The notes under the pieces are model-generated. The model saw only the letters and a program-made list of their open reading frames with translations, ran no database searches and was not told the DNA's origin. A stretch of 64,000 nt of DNA from the human T2T-CHM13v2.0 reference genome, Homo sapiens: assembly GCF_009914755.1 (NCBI RefSeq), contig NC_060926.1; one strand, 5' to 3'. Below are positions 1 through 18,417 of the stretch, one piece after another. Position 1 is the stretch's first letter. Every line of letters begins with the position of its first letter. The translations under genes and the position numbers were made by a program.

Positions 1-454
1 TCAAGTACGATCTGGTTCTTGCAAACGGATCGGGGTAACTGCAGGTGGATTCAGGCAAACCAGAAATTCAAAAATATCCATCAACTTCTTTAATATAAGA
101 AGCTCTACTGGAAGCTTTTCTTACAACTTCATGTAGCTGACATACCCTTTACTGTAGGAAGGGATATCCTCTTCTTTTTTCAAATAGTAGATAAATGGTA
201 TTTTTGGAACTTATCATAGGCCAAGAACTGGTCTAATCTGATTTTTTACCTCCCTTTCAATCCTCCCTTTAAACTATACAGTCCTTTTTTCTGGGCTCAG
301 GGCTCTTATTATTGGTAAGGCTCATTCTAACAACCTAAATAACACAAAGTCCTTTCCAATTTCAACACTGTTCTTTTTTGCCACTACAGGAAGACTCCAG
401 ATGGTGTTATAACACTCTGTAGTAGATAATCCAGTTTTCAAGCTGTTATGCAGC
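1..454 (-). other. ALS2: ALS2 3' UTR (partial)
   Basis: Repeat-free sequence directly downstream of the stop codon in the last exon. Confidence 0.85.
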
Positions 455-493
455 CTAGTTAAGCTTCTCACGCTGAATCTGGTAGTAACATGC
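455..493 (-). CDS. ALS2: ALS2 exon 34 coding part (ACYYQIQREKLN*)
   Basis: ttccag|GCATGT acceptor; TAG stop at 455-457. Confidence 0.95.
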   Translation of the reverse strand, partial: ACYYQIQREKLN

Positions 494-1415
494 CTGGAAG
501 AAAAGTTCAAAATAATTTCAAATTCACTTTTAAAGAAATTACATAAAGAGAGCAATGCATATGGGACTAAAGAAACAAAATCCCTTATGAACAAATTCAG
601 CTGATGGCCCAACAGATTTAACTGATTTCACTTTTCCCTGTTCCCTTCTAGTTCCCCTATCTAGTGGCTGTCTTTTGCCTACTTGTAATTAGTATAGACA
701 AAATTTTTTCATTTCCCGTCTTATTCTAAAACAAAGTTTTTTTACAAGCTAGCTAATATTCTTCACATGCAGAGACACCACAATTTGCCATTACTGATTG
801 GACATTTAGAGTATACCAATCATTAAAAGGTACAACTCTAATTAGAATCACCTAGTATGATTAATAAATATACAGATTAAGCATCATTGCAGACCTGGGG
901 AGTCATAACTTCCAAGAATGCATTTTTAAGAAGCACCCTGAATTATGAGTTTCCAGGTATGGGAATTACTCATACCCCAATGAATAACACATCCAGATAA
1001 CATGTAACATTTTCCATTCTTTAGTTTCTTAGGATAAATCCCCAGGAGTAGAACCATTGAGTCAAACTCCACATTTTTTGATGTTGTTGATATCTATGTT
1101 AGTAACAATTGCTTTCCAAAAGGGTAATGGCTACTTACCCCATTATCAGCAATGTGGGAATAATAATGACTTCACTATAACCCCATCAGTAATTTTAAAA
1201 TATTCATGATAATTTAACAGCACAAAATGGTACCTTATTTAAATCTGCAGTACTACGATTTTCAGTGAGGTTGAGTATTTTTCTATATGTAAACTTACTA
1301 GTTCAGTTTCTTCTTTGGTGATCTGTTTAGAGATACTCTTCAAATAACATAAACACTAATAATCTAAGTCATCTGTGGCCAATATTTTCCCCAGTTTCTC
1401 CCCCTTTTCAGTTTA

Positions 1416-1733
<318 letters not shown>

Positions 1734-2707
1734 TTAATGGTATTTTAGTTGAAAAGTTTAAATAGTTAACCTAGGCCAGAAACCTGACATTGAATTCTAG
1801 TTATTTTTCTTATTTTAATTTACCTGTCTTTCCTTCTCTCTTCCTTTCTCTATATTTAAACCCCAAAGCATCTATATAATTTGCTATTCTACCCTCCCTC
1901 CAAAACTGCTAATAAGCTATCCAATACTTTGTTTTACCATTTGTTAAATAATTCCTCTTTTCCATTTTGGTTTGGTGTTTCCACTTTCATGTGAAGTTTT
2001 TATTATGATGTGTTTATATGGGAGCTATCCTTTCTATTTAGGTAATTGTGTATTCCTGTGACAGTCACATACTATTTTATCTTCATTATTGTAATTTTAT
2101 AAATTTTACTAACTGGAAGAGTAGGTCTATTCTTTCTCATTTTTCACAAGTGTTTTTGCACTTTCTATCTGCTGTTTTTTCAATAAACTTTAGAGTGTTT
2201 CTTCCAAATTCCAAGAAAAATCAAGGCAGGAAACAAATGACTTCTAACAATCTCTCCAGGCCACCCAGATCAAAGAAGCTCATTTGTAATCTATTGGTTA
2301 CAGTAAATACAAGGCAAAGAAAGAAGATGGAATTCAAATTCATTATTTACATACTGCCTTCTGTGTTTTACCCTGTTCCATTGAATAGCACTCCTGTTGG
2401 AAACTTTCTTGGACACTAAGAATCCTTTCTGTTTCTTTTTTAGAGTTACAATTATTTATATAAATGTAAACATTTATAACAGTTTGATCAATTTACAAGG
2501 AGGATTAGATAATGAAGAATTTGCTTTAGTATTTTGAGGAACAACTGGCTTATCCTACTTTAATATACTATATAATGTTTTAAAGTGTAGAACAAAATGT
2601 GCTCTAAAGGCATTTAAGGTTTGCATTAAACTTTTATACAAAAAAAGTGGTTAATGGCATTTATAATATGGTAAATGAAAGACAGATATGAAGATAAGAA
2701 AGTATTA

Positions 2708-2884
<177 letters not shown>

Positions 2885-3056
2885 CTAGTTGATGGGAAAA
2901 AGAAAGAACAGCTCAATAAAAGGGTAATGTCACAGTGGAATGGGTTAATCGATTTTTTTCTAGTGGAAGAGCGTACTCCTGCTGTCAGTTCAGAAAATGC
3001 AAGCAGCAGACTTTTAAAAATAACGACTCACTAATAACAAAGTCATAAAACAGTTA

Positions 3057-3248
<192 letters not shown>

Positions 3249-3742
3249 TTAATAAAGCCATTTGATCGTGCTTTTTTGACAATATTCCCTCCTGGGATTC
3301 ACATGCCTTAACCCGGACACTTAGGCATTATGAGTCGTTGGAAAGGATGACTTTGTACTCCCATGGTGCTATGAGAAAAGTAGCCTCCAACTGTCTACGA
3401 TTCATATATTGTTTCCTTTTACCCACGTGAAATCTCATTCTCCTAATATATGCTCTTTTCTGAATGAGAAATTTGGTTAATTTCCAATTGGCTAAAGATG
3501 TGATTATATGGATAAATTTCTGGCTTGGCTCTCTACTACTTTTGAAAATGCAAGGTCATTTTAGAGTAAAAGATAACCCAAGGGTCTCATTCTGATTTCT
3601 GATTTCCAGATTGAGTTTGACACCATCAGCATATAGAATGGGGATGCTTAAGGCTTAGGTAAAGATAAGATCATATTAATAATATCTTAATAGACCAAGC
3701 ACTACTTTGATTTGTATGGCTTTTCAACAAATCAGAGATTAC

Positions 3743-3804
3743 CTGATCTGCTGCAGACATTCTACTGCTGAGGCAAAACAAGCATCTTTCGTGGTTGGCA
3801 AAAC
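3743..3804 (-). CDS. ALS2: ALS2 exon 31 (62 bp), VPS9
   Basis: ttgcag|GTTTTG acceptor, CAG|gtaatc donor; [21 protein letters not shown]. Confidence 0.94.
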
Positions 3805-4019
3805 CTGCAAAAAAGAGAGTGAAGGTCAAGGAGGAAAACTATTTTCTGCAACAACAGAAATAAATGATACTGTTGTCAGAGTGCAGGTCTTTGGTAATAA
3901 CAGATGCAAACACAAGCTTGGGTACTGTTCTATCAAAGTAAAATGAAAAAGTTTTGCTATCTCAAATCCTTCCCATTAGAGAAAAGCATATTTGCTGAGG
4001 AAAAGAAAATCTACTATAC

Positions 4020-4065
4020 CTTTTTACTCTCTCCAAGGATTGACAAGGTTGCTGGCCAAAATTTC
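4020..4065 (-). CDS. ALS2: ALS2 exon 30 (46 bp)
   Basis: ttatag|GAAATT acceptor, AAG|gtatag donor; KFWPATLSILGESKK. Confidence 0.92.
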
Positions 4066-4332
4066 CTATAATGGAATCCATAAATTATTAATATAAGTTG
4101 TTACTTATGGTAGACAAAATCCCATAAAAATAGTTGACAGCTATATTGGCTTCCTTGTCCCCATTAAAAAGAACTGCTCCACAATAGGTTAAGTTTTTAT
4201 AAACATTCCAGAAGTGATTTAAGAGTTTTTATCATCTCCCTAAGGGATTTGTCATTCTATATCCCAATAACCTACACGTTACAGATATTACCAAATATTT
4301 TTCCTTCACTCAGTTTTATCTCATTTCTACTA

Positions 4333-4578
<246 letters not shown>

Positions 4579-4708
4579 TCACTTTTCCTGGTAGCACAAA
4601 TAGAGATTGGGGAGGTGGAATCAGCTTTATCACTGCCCTAGAAAGAAAACATAATAATTTAGTATTCCCTGGATAGCAAGCAATAATACCTTCTAATAAA
4701 AACAGCAG

Positions 4709-5098
<390 letters not shown>

Positions 5099-5137
5099 CT
5101 AAAGAGCTATAAAATACCAGGCAAAATAGCTCACACT

Positions 5138-5216
5138 TTATATATATATATATATAACTATACATAATATATAAAATACATTACTAATATATAATAAATA
5201 TATATTACTATATATA
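5138..5216. repeat. (TA)n / AT-rich low-complexity tract
   Basis: Direct inspection. Confidence 0.85.
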
Positions 5217-5446
5217 TGAAAACATAATAAAAAACACATTCCAAAGAATCAGCAGGTTTCATACTCATCTCCAAATATTCTCAGAAATAAAGATTATTAA
5301 CTATCACTATTTTGTTAAAGAAGACATATGCAAAAAATAATTACAAGCCATATATATAATTAGATATCAAAGTGCCAAATTTCCAATAATGCAGTTTGCA
5401 TTTTAAATTAAAACCATTTGGTTGCGCTTGTAACTACTACACTTAC

Positions 5447-5623
5447 CTCTGCACCCCAAGAAAGCCCAGGAGAGCAATATCTGGCTGCTTATTTAGTCGA
5501 AGGACACATTCCCAGTAAATGTCTTCCTCGCGATCATTATCCAAAGCATAAAGCATAAACAGCGGTGGGTAGAGCCGAGGTAGCAGCACAGGAAGCAATA
5601 ATCCAGAACTCGTTACTACATAA
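5447..5623 (-). CDS. ALS2: ALS2 exon 29 (177 bp)
   Basis: ttgtag|TTATGT acceptor, GAG|gtaagt donor; [22 protein letters not shown]...GFLGVQR. Confidence 0.95.
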
Positions 5624-6032
5624 CTACAAAATAATGGAGTGGGAGAAAAGGAGCATTTTTCATATTAAAATTGAATACAGAATCCAAGGTAGAGCTTCAG
5701 TTTCAAAAAGTCAAAAGTAGAGATGGGAAGTTTTAAAGAAGTTATAATATTACTCTGCTCTTTACATATGGAGTTGATATGAGGACATTATCTATAATTT
5801 TGTCTTAGAGGAAACTGTGAATTCTTTTCATGAATTAAAAATCTCACTGAAAACCTACATTGTTTCCATTTTGAGGCTGATTTCTCTGAGGTTATTCTAG
5901 GACAGTGTGATGTTACTTCCTTTGCTAAGCAGCCTTTGTGCTCAGATCATCTGTGGTTGCTTTTTCCTGGGGTATGGCTAATAGTACTTGAGAGAACTAA
6001 GAGGGACCTCAGAGGGGGCACCTACCCAGCTA

Positions 6033-6328
6033 AATTTTTTTTTTTTTTGAGACAGGTCTCACTTTGTCACCCAGGCTGGAGCGCAATGGTGCAGTCACAG
6101 CTCACTGCAGCCTTTAACCTCCCAGGCCCAAGTGATCCTCTCATCTCAGCCTCCCACGTAGCTGAACCCGTAGGTGTGTGCCACCATGCCCTGCTAATTT
6201 TTTTTATTTTTGTAGAGATGGGGTCTCCCTATCTTGCCCAGGCTGCTCTTGAACTCCTAAGATCAAGCAATCCTCCCACCTCAGCCTCCCAAAGTGTGGG
6301 ATTACAGGTGTGAGCCACTGTGGCTGGC
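6033..6328 (-). mobile_element. AluJ element
   Basis: Reverse Alu with J-type diagnostics. Confidence 0.9.
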
Positions 6329-6468
6329 CCCAACCCTCCTGGCCCCAACCATATCATTTTAGAAATGAGGAAATAGATCTAGAGAACACACTTTCTCGCT
6401 GGGACTCTTTGAGTAAGATCATCTAGTCACCATTCCCTTTCTTCACTGTCCCCACCCAACTCCATTTA

Positions 6469-6615
<147 letters not shown>

Positions 6616-6999
6616 TTATACAATTATACCTCTAGGGGGGTTGAAAAGCATAAAAACACATTTCCATTAGTTATGAGAGCAAGCTTTATTATCAACTAAG
6701 TATTTTAGTTCCCTGAGAAAACTGATGTTTCTAACAGGATAAAATTAAGAATGCAGCTAATGAATAATACCACTACAAAATCTTCACGTGCTATGATTTT
6801 CTTCTGTCTAGTTACCAAGGAATGGAGAATTCTGATCTATATGAGATATGTGTTCCTTACTGGCAAATCTCATCTGAGGTCAATTTATATTAACTCTGAG
6901 CAAGGACCACTCTTCTAGAATATAAGCAAACACCGACAGAAATTAAGTGTCCAACATTAAGGGAAAAAATGATTAATTATAGAAGACACAATGTAAAGT

Positions 7000-7200
7000 T
7001 TTATTTTATTTTTATAGATTCAGGAGGCACATATGTAGTTGTGTTGCACGGATATATCAGGTAGTGGTAAAGTCTGGGCTTCTGGTGTACCCATCACCTG
7101 AACAGTGAACACTGTATCCTATCAGTAAGTTTTCAACCCTCACCCTCCCACACACACTCCCCCCTTTTAGAGTCCTCAGTGTCTATTATTTCCCTCTGTA
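7000..7200 (-). mobile_element. L1 3'-end fragment (L1MA/PB-like)
   Basis: T-rich tail plus gtacccatcacctgaacagtgaacactgta, typical of a reversed L1 3' UTR. Confidence 0.7.
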
Positions 7201-7719
7201 CTCAACCTAAAATTTAAAAATGTGTTTTTAAAACTTGCTGAAAATTAATTTTTCAAATGATCAAGGGGATAAATTGGTGAGGAATTTTTTTTCCTGGGCT
7301 TTGAGTTCTGCCATAGATTTTATCTCTGACTTCTTGTATGCTAGTGTACTCTACCATAAATAAGTTTATTTTCTCTTATTTTTACGGACTTAAATTTTGA
7401 CCCTTTAAAGGCAATATGCAGTCTTCTCTATTTTTGTAGACTTACATCTTGCACCTCCATCTGCCCTAATTGTATAGTTGAAAAAACTAAAAAAGGTCAG
7501 GACACTTACTTTCATTATACTCATCTAGCTAATGTCAGAGCTAGCCCAGGCTAGTGATCTTTTTAATAGACCACACTTCTCCCTCAAAACCTGAAACATT
7601 TCCAATGTTGAGGCAAACAATATATGGAAGTTCTGGGACAAATTTACAAACTTTTGTATAATTATCTCACTATAGTATTTACTTGTTGGCTTCAACTCAG
7701 TAAAAGATCTTATATCTCA

Positions 7720-8080
7720 CAAGCTTAAATCTGTTTGTTGCCTGGAACTCTCTTCCCAAAGATGCTTACTGTCTCATTTAATTGCCTTCTTCGAGTCTCT
7801 GCTCAAATACTACCACCGTATTAGTCAGTCTGCTCTGACCTTCTCTTCAAAATAATAGCATCTCACATCTAGTACTCTTTCCCTTTATTTTTCTCCATAG
7901 TGCTAATCACTATCTGACATACTACATATATTTTTTATGTTTACTCTTTTCCCCCATTAGAATGTAAGCTCCATGACAGCAAAGACTGTTTGTCTTTGTT
8001 CACTGATAAATCCCTTGAGAGCCTAGAATGATGGCTATTACATAGAAACGCTCCATAAATATTTGTTAAATAAATGAACA
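7720..8080 (+). mobile_element. L2 3'-end fragment
   Basis: ccattagaatgtaagctccatga...taaatatttgttaaataaatgaa L2 terminus. Confidence 0.75.
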
Positions 8081-8480
8081 TATGTGATACTGTTGCCAAA
8101 GGACAAGACACAAAAACTCAAGGACAAAACTTTATATTAAACTTTGTCTACTCTGTGGTTGGGTTTTAGATACATGATTTTGCCTAGAGACTGAATCTAA
8201 ATAAGACGACTACTATACTTCATACCAAAATTAGATTTAAAAACCCCAAACATTTATTTTAGCTTTACTTAATAAGACATAAAAATAAATAAATAACAAT
8301 AGCTAAGGTTCATCTTTTTTATGTTTATAGCTTACACATACATTTAAAACATGTTTTACTTAATCTATTAAAGGACTGTGGCATAAAACTATTTTCTTGA
8401 TGATTCAGGGTGAAACTACCCAAGCACTGGTATAAAATAGTATTCCATAGCCCGCAGACTTTAGTGAAAAGCTCTCTTAC

Positions 8481-8638
8481 CTCACCAGCTGGAAAATTCG
8501 CTTAAGATAGGACTTAATCTCCTTTACAGCCTCCTGCAATAACCTGCGGTTGGCTCCTACGCCCACGTATGTCATTCTATACACTGCAACCAGTGTCTCC
8601 ACAAGCCTGCCCAGGGGGTGCAGAGGAGTGTCACAGGC
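8481..8638 (-). CDS. ALS2: ALS2 exon 27 (158 bp)
   Basis: actcag|GCCTGT acceptor, GAG|gtaaga donor; [17 protein letters not shown]...IFQLVR. Confidence 0.95.
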
Positions 8639-8916
8639 CTGAGTAGGAAAAGAATCAATGAAGTCAGTTGATGTGCATTAACAGCAGAAACAATCCATCA
8701 ATAAGAAACAACTTCATAAATGACACACAATTGTCAAAATGTCAAGAGTCAATTTTGGGACCAGGAATATTCAAATACTTTAATTTTTTTTGAAAGTACT
8801 GTCTACCCCAATTATATGAAGCTGGAGTTCCTAATCTTGATCAAAGAATCTCCTTAACATTTTGGGCAAATAGCTTTGGAAGTACTGATATGGAATACCA
8901 CTAAAAGAAAGATTCT

Positions 8917-9048
8917 GCTGGATGTGGTGGCTCATGCCTATAGTCCCAGCTACTAGGGAGGCTGAGGCAGGAGGATCGATTGAGCTCAGGAGTTTGAGGC
9001 CAGCCTGAGCAACACAGTGAGAACCCCCATATCTAAAAAAAAAAAAAG
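8917..9048 (+). mobile_element. Free left Alu monomer (FLAM)
   Basis: Single Alu arm plus poly(A). Confidence 0.85.
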
Positions 9049-9586
9049 AATACAAAATTTTAAAAAGATTCAAATATACTTTAAACTTCACAAAAATGAT
9101 AGAAAATGTTACCTTGGAGAAAACTAAACACTGACTGTTGATGATACTCTGAAACAGTCATCCTTCAGTTCCCCTGACTTCTCAGAATACTCCTTCCTGC
9201 ACTTCCCATCAATATACATCACACTTTAAATTGTAGCTGGTCTTACAAGTTTTCGAAGGAAGCAAAGACCCTCTCCAGGGGTGAGGGCAGCATGCTTTAC
9301 TTACACAATCTCTAGTTTGCTAATGTTATTAACAAAAAGCAATTTAAAACTCTAATCTTATTTCTTAAGAACCCCCTTGAGTGCCTTAAAAAACTTTAAA
9401 AAGTTCTATCATAATAATGGGACAATCTTTAGGTAGAAATGTAATCTTGGTAGTTTGATAATTAACAAAAGAAATGCACAGGATGCAAAAACAGGATTAG
9501 AATAACATTAAGCTGTGAGTCTATCTGAATGATATATTGTGGTAGGTGAATCATTAATTCACAAGACCAATGTAATTTTTACTCTA

Positions 9587-9742
<156 letters not shown>

Positions 9743-11724
9743 TCACATCAAGAAAGCAAGATACGTGTAAATACTCACATGAAACGCAATCACTAGCTCC
9801 AGTCAAAGTGGAGCATCCAACGTAGTACTAAACCCAACGAACTCAGAAATCATCACGATCCTGCTATTAGGTACTCAGTTTACATAACATTCATTCAAAA
9901 AATCAGGTAGTGTTACTTTGTACCATAAATTAATGAAGATTCTACAATAAAGATTCATTCTTCATTCTACAATGAAGATTCTACAATAAATTAATGAAGA
10001 TTCTACTCCAATCTAAACCATGGTGTTGGAAATAATATGACATTAGCTTGAAGATAAATACAATATTAGCTTGAAGGTGATAGACCCGTTGGTGACAACA
10101 GAAAAATGGAATAAAAGGAATAAAAGAGGGAAGGGAGTTAAGGAAAAAGGGAAATAAGTCAAAGGGCAAAGGAAGAAATGAAAACAAGGTTAAGAAGCAA
10201 GGAGATAATGACACTCCAACAGGTGACAATGTAAGCACATAACGGGTAAACAGAAACTGGATGAAGATACTAAGAGAAAACACACGCTAGTAATCAACTG
10301 AAATTTTTGGTAATAGTGTTCTATCATTAGATGACAACCAATGAGAAACTGAAAACTGTGCATAATCATTATTATTAGAGATTTTAGATAAACATATAAG
10401 ATCTTTGTGGTAGCAACATAATTTTATATAAAGAGTTCATTCATTTTCACTTCTCAGAAACACCTAACAACAGTTAACCCAGGTTAACTGAAGGGCTAAA
10501 GTCTTAAGGTCGAACTGACAGGCTGTACTAAGCTGACCATCTGTATCACGCACAAGGGGCAGTCAATGGCTTTCATCAATTCTGGGAGTTTCCATTTCTT
10601 CTACTGATAGAGTAGAAGGTAACAATTATGAACTTCATGAATGAAATACTAAAATCAATTCCTATTTATCCCAAATATAGAAAAAAAAATTACTTCTTTC
10701 TACATTTAATTTCTTGAAACACATACACGAATTTCAAGCAAGCAAAAATTATACTATGGTTTACTTTAAGTATCAATTTTGGAGATACTCAATTAGATAG
10801 ACTCTAAACTAATCTCTCCAGGCTAGAATAAGAATTAGTATTTGTTAGACTTGACTGTGAAATGTTTAAAGTTCCTGAAGTATCTTTCAACCTCTGGAAT
10901 TTAATTTCTATGTAACTATACTTTAGTATATTAAAATTATTTGAATACTGGTAATTTATTTAAAGAATTTGGTAACTTTTAGCAAACTAGAACATTTAAT
11001 TATTCAGAACCAACATTTACATTCTGAATAAATGGATACTTGCTCAATTTTTCTTCAATTCCCTTTAGAAAGCAACTGACATGTGGAAATGAAGACCAGC
11101 ATAAAGCTCATTTAAAAATTAACTGTATGTAGCTACACGCACAGATTAAAGTATGCTCCTTGATATTTTAACAACGAAGGCACAGCTCAAACAAACCATT
11201 ATCTAGAATTAAACTCAAGAAAGTCACAGTTAATTAGGAAGTTTTGCTGCAGGGATTAGTAAATTCTTTAGGTCCAAATGCTAAGCAATGCTTGTGGGAG
11301 TTACTGGTCAAGTTAAAGAAGAAAGGCAGATGGAGAAAAGCAGGAGAAAAGAAAAAAAAAAAGAAAAGAAAAGGTGAAAAAGAAAATTTTAAAAAGGAGA
11401 AAAAGAGAGAAATGAACAAGTACATCTGTAACTTTTCTTTCAGTATTTCGAAAATGTTGGGCCACTTCCTTCTGGCTTCCAAGGTTTCTAATGAGAAATA
11501 TGCAGTCATTTGAATTGCTGATTTCCCATTATTTCACTCTAGCTGCTTTCAAGATCTTTGTCCATGAATTTTAATATGTGTCTATACATGGTTATCTGTG
11601 GTTTTTCCCAAGATGGAGTTTGTTCAGCTACTTGAATCTATGGGTTTCACGTCTTTTTACTAAACTTGATAAGTTTTCAACCATTATTTCTTCACAAAAT
11701 GTTCCATCCCTCATTCTTTCTCCT

Positions 11725-12022
<298 letters not shown>

Positions 12023-12549
12023 CATTCTTTCTCCTTTTCTTCTGGAATTCTAAGGAAACAAATTTAGACCCACAAGTCCATGAGGCTGTGTTCACTTTTT
12101 TATTTTTTCATGTTTTTTCTCTCAGTTGTTTAAATTTGATAATCCATACTGATCTATCTTCAGGTTCACTGACTCTTCCATTGCCATCTCTATTCTGCCA
12201 CTAAGTTCATACAATAAGTGATTTCGGTTAGTGCAGTTTTCAACCCCAAAATTTTGATTTGGCTCTTCTTTATATCTTCTGTTTCTTTGCTGATACATTT
12301 GTTCTAATATTTATTTCAAGGGTGTTTGTGATTGCACATGTGAGTATTTTATAATAGTTGCTTTGAAGTTCTTGTCAGACAACTTCAACATCTATGTCAT
12401 CTGTTGATATTTATTGATTCTCTTTCCTGAAATAAATTGAGATTTTCATGGTTCTTTCATTGCTGAGTAATTTTGGTTAATGTCTTGGATATTTTGAGCA
12501 TTATAAAACTCTGGGTCTTGTTTATATCCTATGGAGAATGTTGACATTC

Positions 12550-13241
12550 ATAAAACAGTAAACATAGCAGGCTTGAAACTGCTATCTTTAGAAGCACCTG
12601 AGCTAGGTGTGGTAGCTCACGCCTGCAATCCCAGCACTTTGTGAGACCGAGGCAGGAGGATTTCTTGAGGACAGGAGTTCGAGACCAGCCTGGATAATAT
12701 AGCAAGACCCTGTCTCTATTTATAAAAATGAAATAAAATAAAAAAGAACCTGCTTATAAGGTTGACCCTTGGCTGGCACTTGGGAATTAAGCTTCGTAAA
12801 AGTTCCATATACTGACAAAGGTGTTTTGCTTTCCTTAGATTAACAATGTGATTTATGGTGAACATCTGCTTTCCTGTAAGCTGGGACTGTGGAATTTGGC
12901 AACTGCCAAGCACAGGGTGCCTATGTGACCCGCCCCCAGTATAAACCCTGGGCACTGAGTCTCTAGTGGGCTTCCCTGGGCAGAAACATGAGACACGTGT
13001 CGCTGCATTTTGCTGCAGGGAAAACTGTGTTGTGTGTGACTCATCCCAGAAAGGAGAGATCATGGAAAGCTTACACATGGATTCCTCCAGACTCTACCTG
13101 TGTCTTTTTCCCTTATGATCTGGTTGTGCGTCCCTACCATGTTGCTGTAATCTTACTTGTGAGTACAACTATATGCTGAGTCTTGTGAATTCTTCCAGCA
13201 AATCACTGAATGTGTAAGTGATATTGAGAATCCCTAAAACA
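12550..13241 (+). mobile_element. Solo ERV LTR (LTR47/MER68/MER21-like) containing a FLAM at ~12601-12745
   Basis: ggttgacccttggctggcacttgggaa, ccagtataaaccctgggcactgagtctctagtgggcttccctgg and gagtacaactatatgctgagtc motifs; ends in CA. Confidence 0.7.
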
Positions 13242-14271
13242 GCAGATATTTTTGCTTTAGTCTCCTGTGGGCCATGGTGCCAATGCCAGTTCACTTCTCA
13301 AAGCCTTTGCATCCTTCCTGGGTTTGTTCTGTGAGTGTACAACTTAATGACTACTCTGGGACCTGAGTGGTCAACCTATGAGCTTGGTTCTCAAACTCTT
13401 TGGTACTAATTAGGATCAAATTCATACATGTGCAGGTCTAGGGTGAGCCCAGGAGTTCACAAACAACTTTATGGGCTTGTTTCCCAGAGCTCTTCTCTCC
13501 ATCACATCCCCAGTATTTTCTGGTTCGCAGGCACCCCTTTTTAGGTCCTCTGGCCAAAAACTGCCCACTTCCGTGATTGTGCCACATCTAGGGACAGATG
13601 GTGGGAGAACAGAGAACAAAGCCAAAAATGCAATGGGGTTGGGGCTTGGCCTTCCCTTGAGCTAAGGAGCCACCAAAGGGGGAAGAAGATTCCACTCTCT
13701 CAAGAGTTTTGACTTTTGCAAGTTTCCTGTTCACGCCTGCTCCAGCTGCTACCATTACTGCCACAGAAGGTCCTGGAGGCTTGGGCATGAGAGAATAGAG
13801 AAAAAAGACAGAAAGAAAACTGAGTATATATCAACCACTCTGAGTTTTAGGAGTCCCTTTGTCACTCCTTGAGCCAGAACCAGAGGGATTTTTTCTGTAT
13901 CCCTGTCTGTCTGCACCACAGTACTTGCTTTCACGTTTCAGGCTGCACTGAGTTCTGGCTGAGGGATATTGGAGCAAAACATCTAAGTAAACTCACCACT
14001 GGTTTTGTGGTACTTTGAATTCAGGTTTTCTTCCTCAATCTACTTGTTGATATTTACTTTTCAGAGTTCATAAATAACTGTCCATGTATTCTGTTCAGGT
14101 TTAACAGTTGAGTTCAACAGAAGATAAAGAAAGTGTGTTTTAATCCCTCTTACTCAGAAGCGAAGTAAATCATTAACTTTTAAATTAAATGTGGTGAGCC
14201 TTGACTACTTACTGGTCTTAAGTTTCATCTTCCTAACATGCTCTGCTATATGTTGAGCAGGTGTTCACTCA

Positions 14272-14454
<183 letters not shown>

Positions 14455-14623
14455 TCAACCTTTTATTAATCATTTCTTTTGTGCAAAATTGTTCCAAAGA
14501 ACAGAAACTTTCTAACATACAACTGAGAATGCTTTTTTCGTGACCAAAACTGCCAAGACTGATGGTAATTCTATTTTTAAAACACTAAATGAAAATTTTA
14601 AAGGAATGTTTTTTAGCTAATTA

Positions 14624-15427
<804 letters not shown>

Positions 15428-15735
15428 TTACATACTGGGTTCTAAAAGACTCTAAGAATAAACATGGTACAGAAAACATATCCTTGGGAACAAAAACCTG
15501 AGGTGCTACCAAATATAATAATAAAATTAAAGCTGCAATCAATAAAGAAAAACAGACATATGCCAAAAACTGTCCACTTCTGTGATTGTGCCACATCTAG
15601 GGAGAGATGGTGGGAGAACAGAAAATAAAGCCAAAAATGCAATGGGTATAATATACTTAGATTTTGCCTTTTTTTCCTCATATATGCAGATTTTACTATT
15701 CCACTTGGGGTGTGTGTGTGTGTGTATGTTCTTTA

Positions 15736-16105
<370 letters not shown>

Positions 16106-16263
16106 TCACACATGGAACTTTCCTTTTAAACATCCATGCTTTAAGGCTTATAATCTAAACCAAGACTACAGACAAGACTACAGATTTAGTCATCTAAAGC
16201 AGTGTCAGTTGACAATTCAAGGAGGTTACATCTTGTTTAAGAAAAAAAAAAAAAAAAGACTTT

Positions 16264-16576
<313 letters not shown>

Positions 16577-16677
16577 TTAAGAACTTGACTTTGCTTTTAA
16601 AATATTAACCAGCTTTGATAAAAGCAAGACAACTCCAAACATTCAATAATTAATCCAGAATTAACACTAGTTACTCA

Positions 16678-16812
<135 letters not shown>

Positions 16813-16864
16813 CTAGGTAAAGTCAGAGAATAAAATGTGGGGTTAGAGGAAATATATTCAATAT

Positions 16865-17214
<350 letters not shown>

Positions 17215-17764
17215 TAACTTGCTCTTTACCAGTCTCCAACTCTTTAAAACTCAAACAAAATATGGGCACATGCATGTCTAAAAGAGTATATGAAAATAAT
17301 CCATGGGTAAAAGAAAAAAAAACACACACAGGGAAAAGTCAAAAATATTTTGAACTGTATAAAATGACCATACAATATATCAAAATTTAGGGGATGATGT
17401 AAATTACAAGCAGTGCTTAGAGGGAAACTTTTAGCTGTTAACACCTATCTTTTCAGGAAGTTCTCGAATCAGTAATGTAAAATTCCACCTAATAAAATTA
17501 CAAAAGGAGGAACAAACTAACAAACTAAACCCAAAGCAGGAAAGAGGAGGGAAATGATAAAGATTAGTGCAAAAATCAGTAAATGAGATAGAAAACAAAA
17601 AATAAAGAAAAATCAATGAAACTAGAAGTTGCTTCTTTGAAAAGATATATAAAATTGACATTTAACTAGATTAATCAAGAAAAAAAAGAGAAAACATAAG
17701 TTTCTAAAATCAAGAGTGAAACAGGTTATTACTACCAGCCTATAGAATTAAAAAAGTTAGAAGG

Positions 17765-18417
<653 letters not shown>

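Noticed and set aside
89-94. ATTAAA on the minus strand in the 3' UTR
   Set aside because: Common hexamer in AT-rich sequence with no clear downstream element; the UTR appears to continue past the window
9107-9200. Donor-like CAAG|gtaaca with a purine-rich upstream segment in intron 26 (possible cryptic exon)
   Set aside because: No convincing polypyrimidine tract or acceptor; unsupported without RNA data
11244-11513. Lysine-rich ORF resembling an NLS-bearing protein
   Set aside because: Produced by an A/G low-complexity tract next to an L1 remnant
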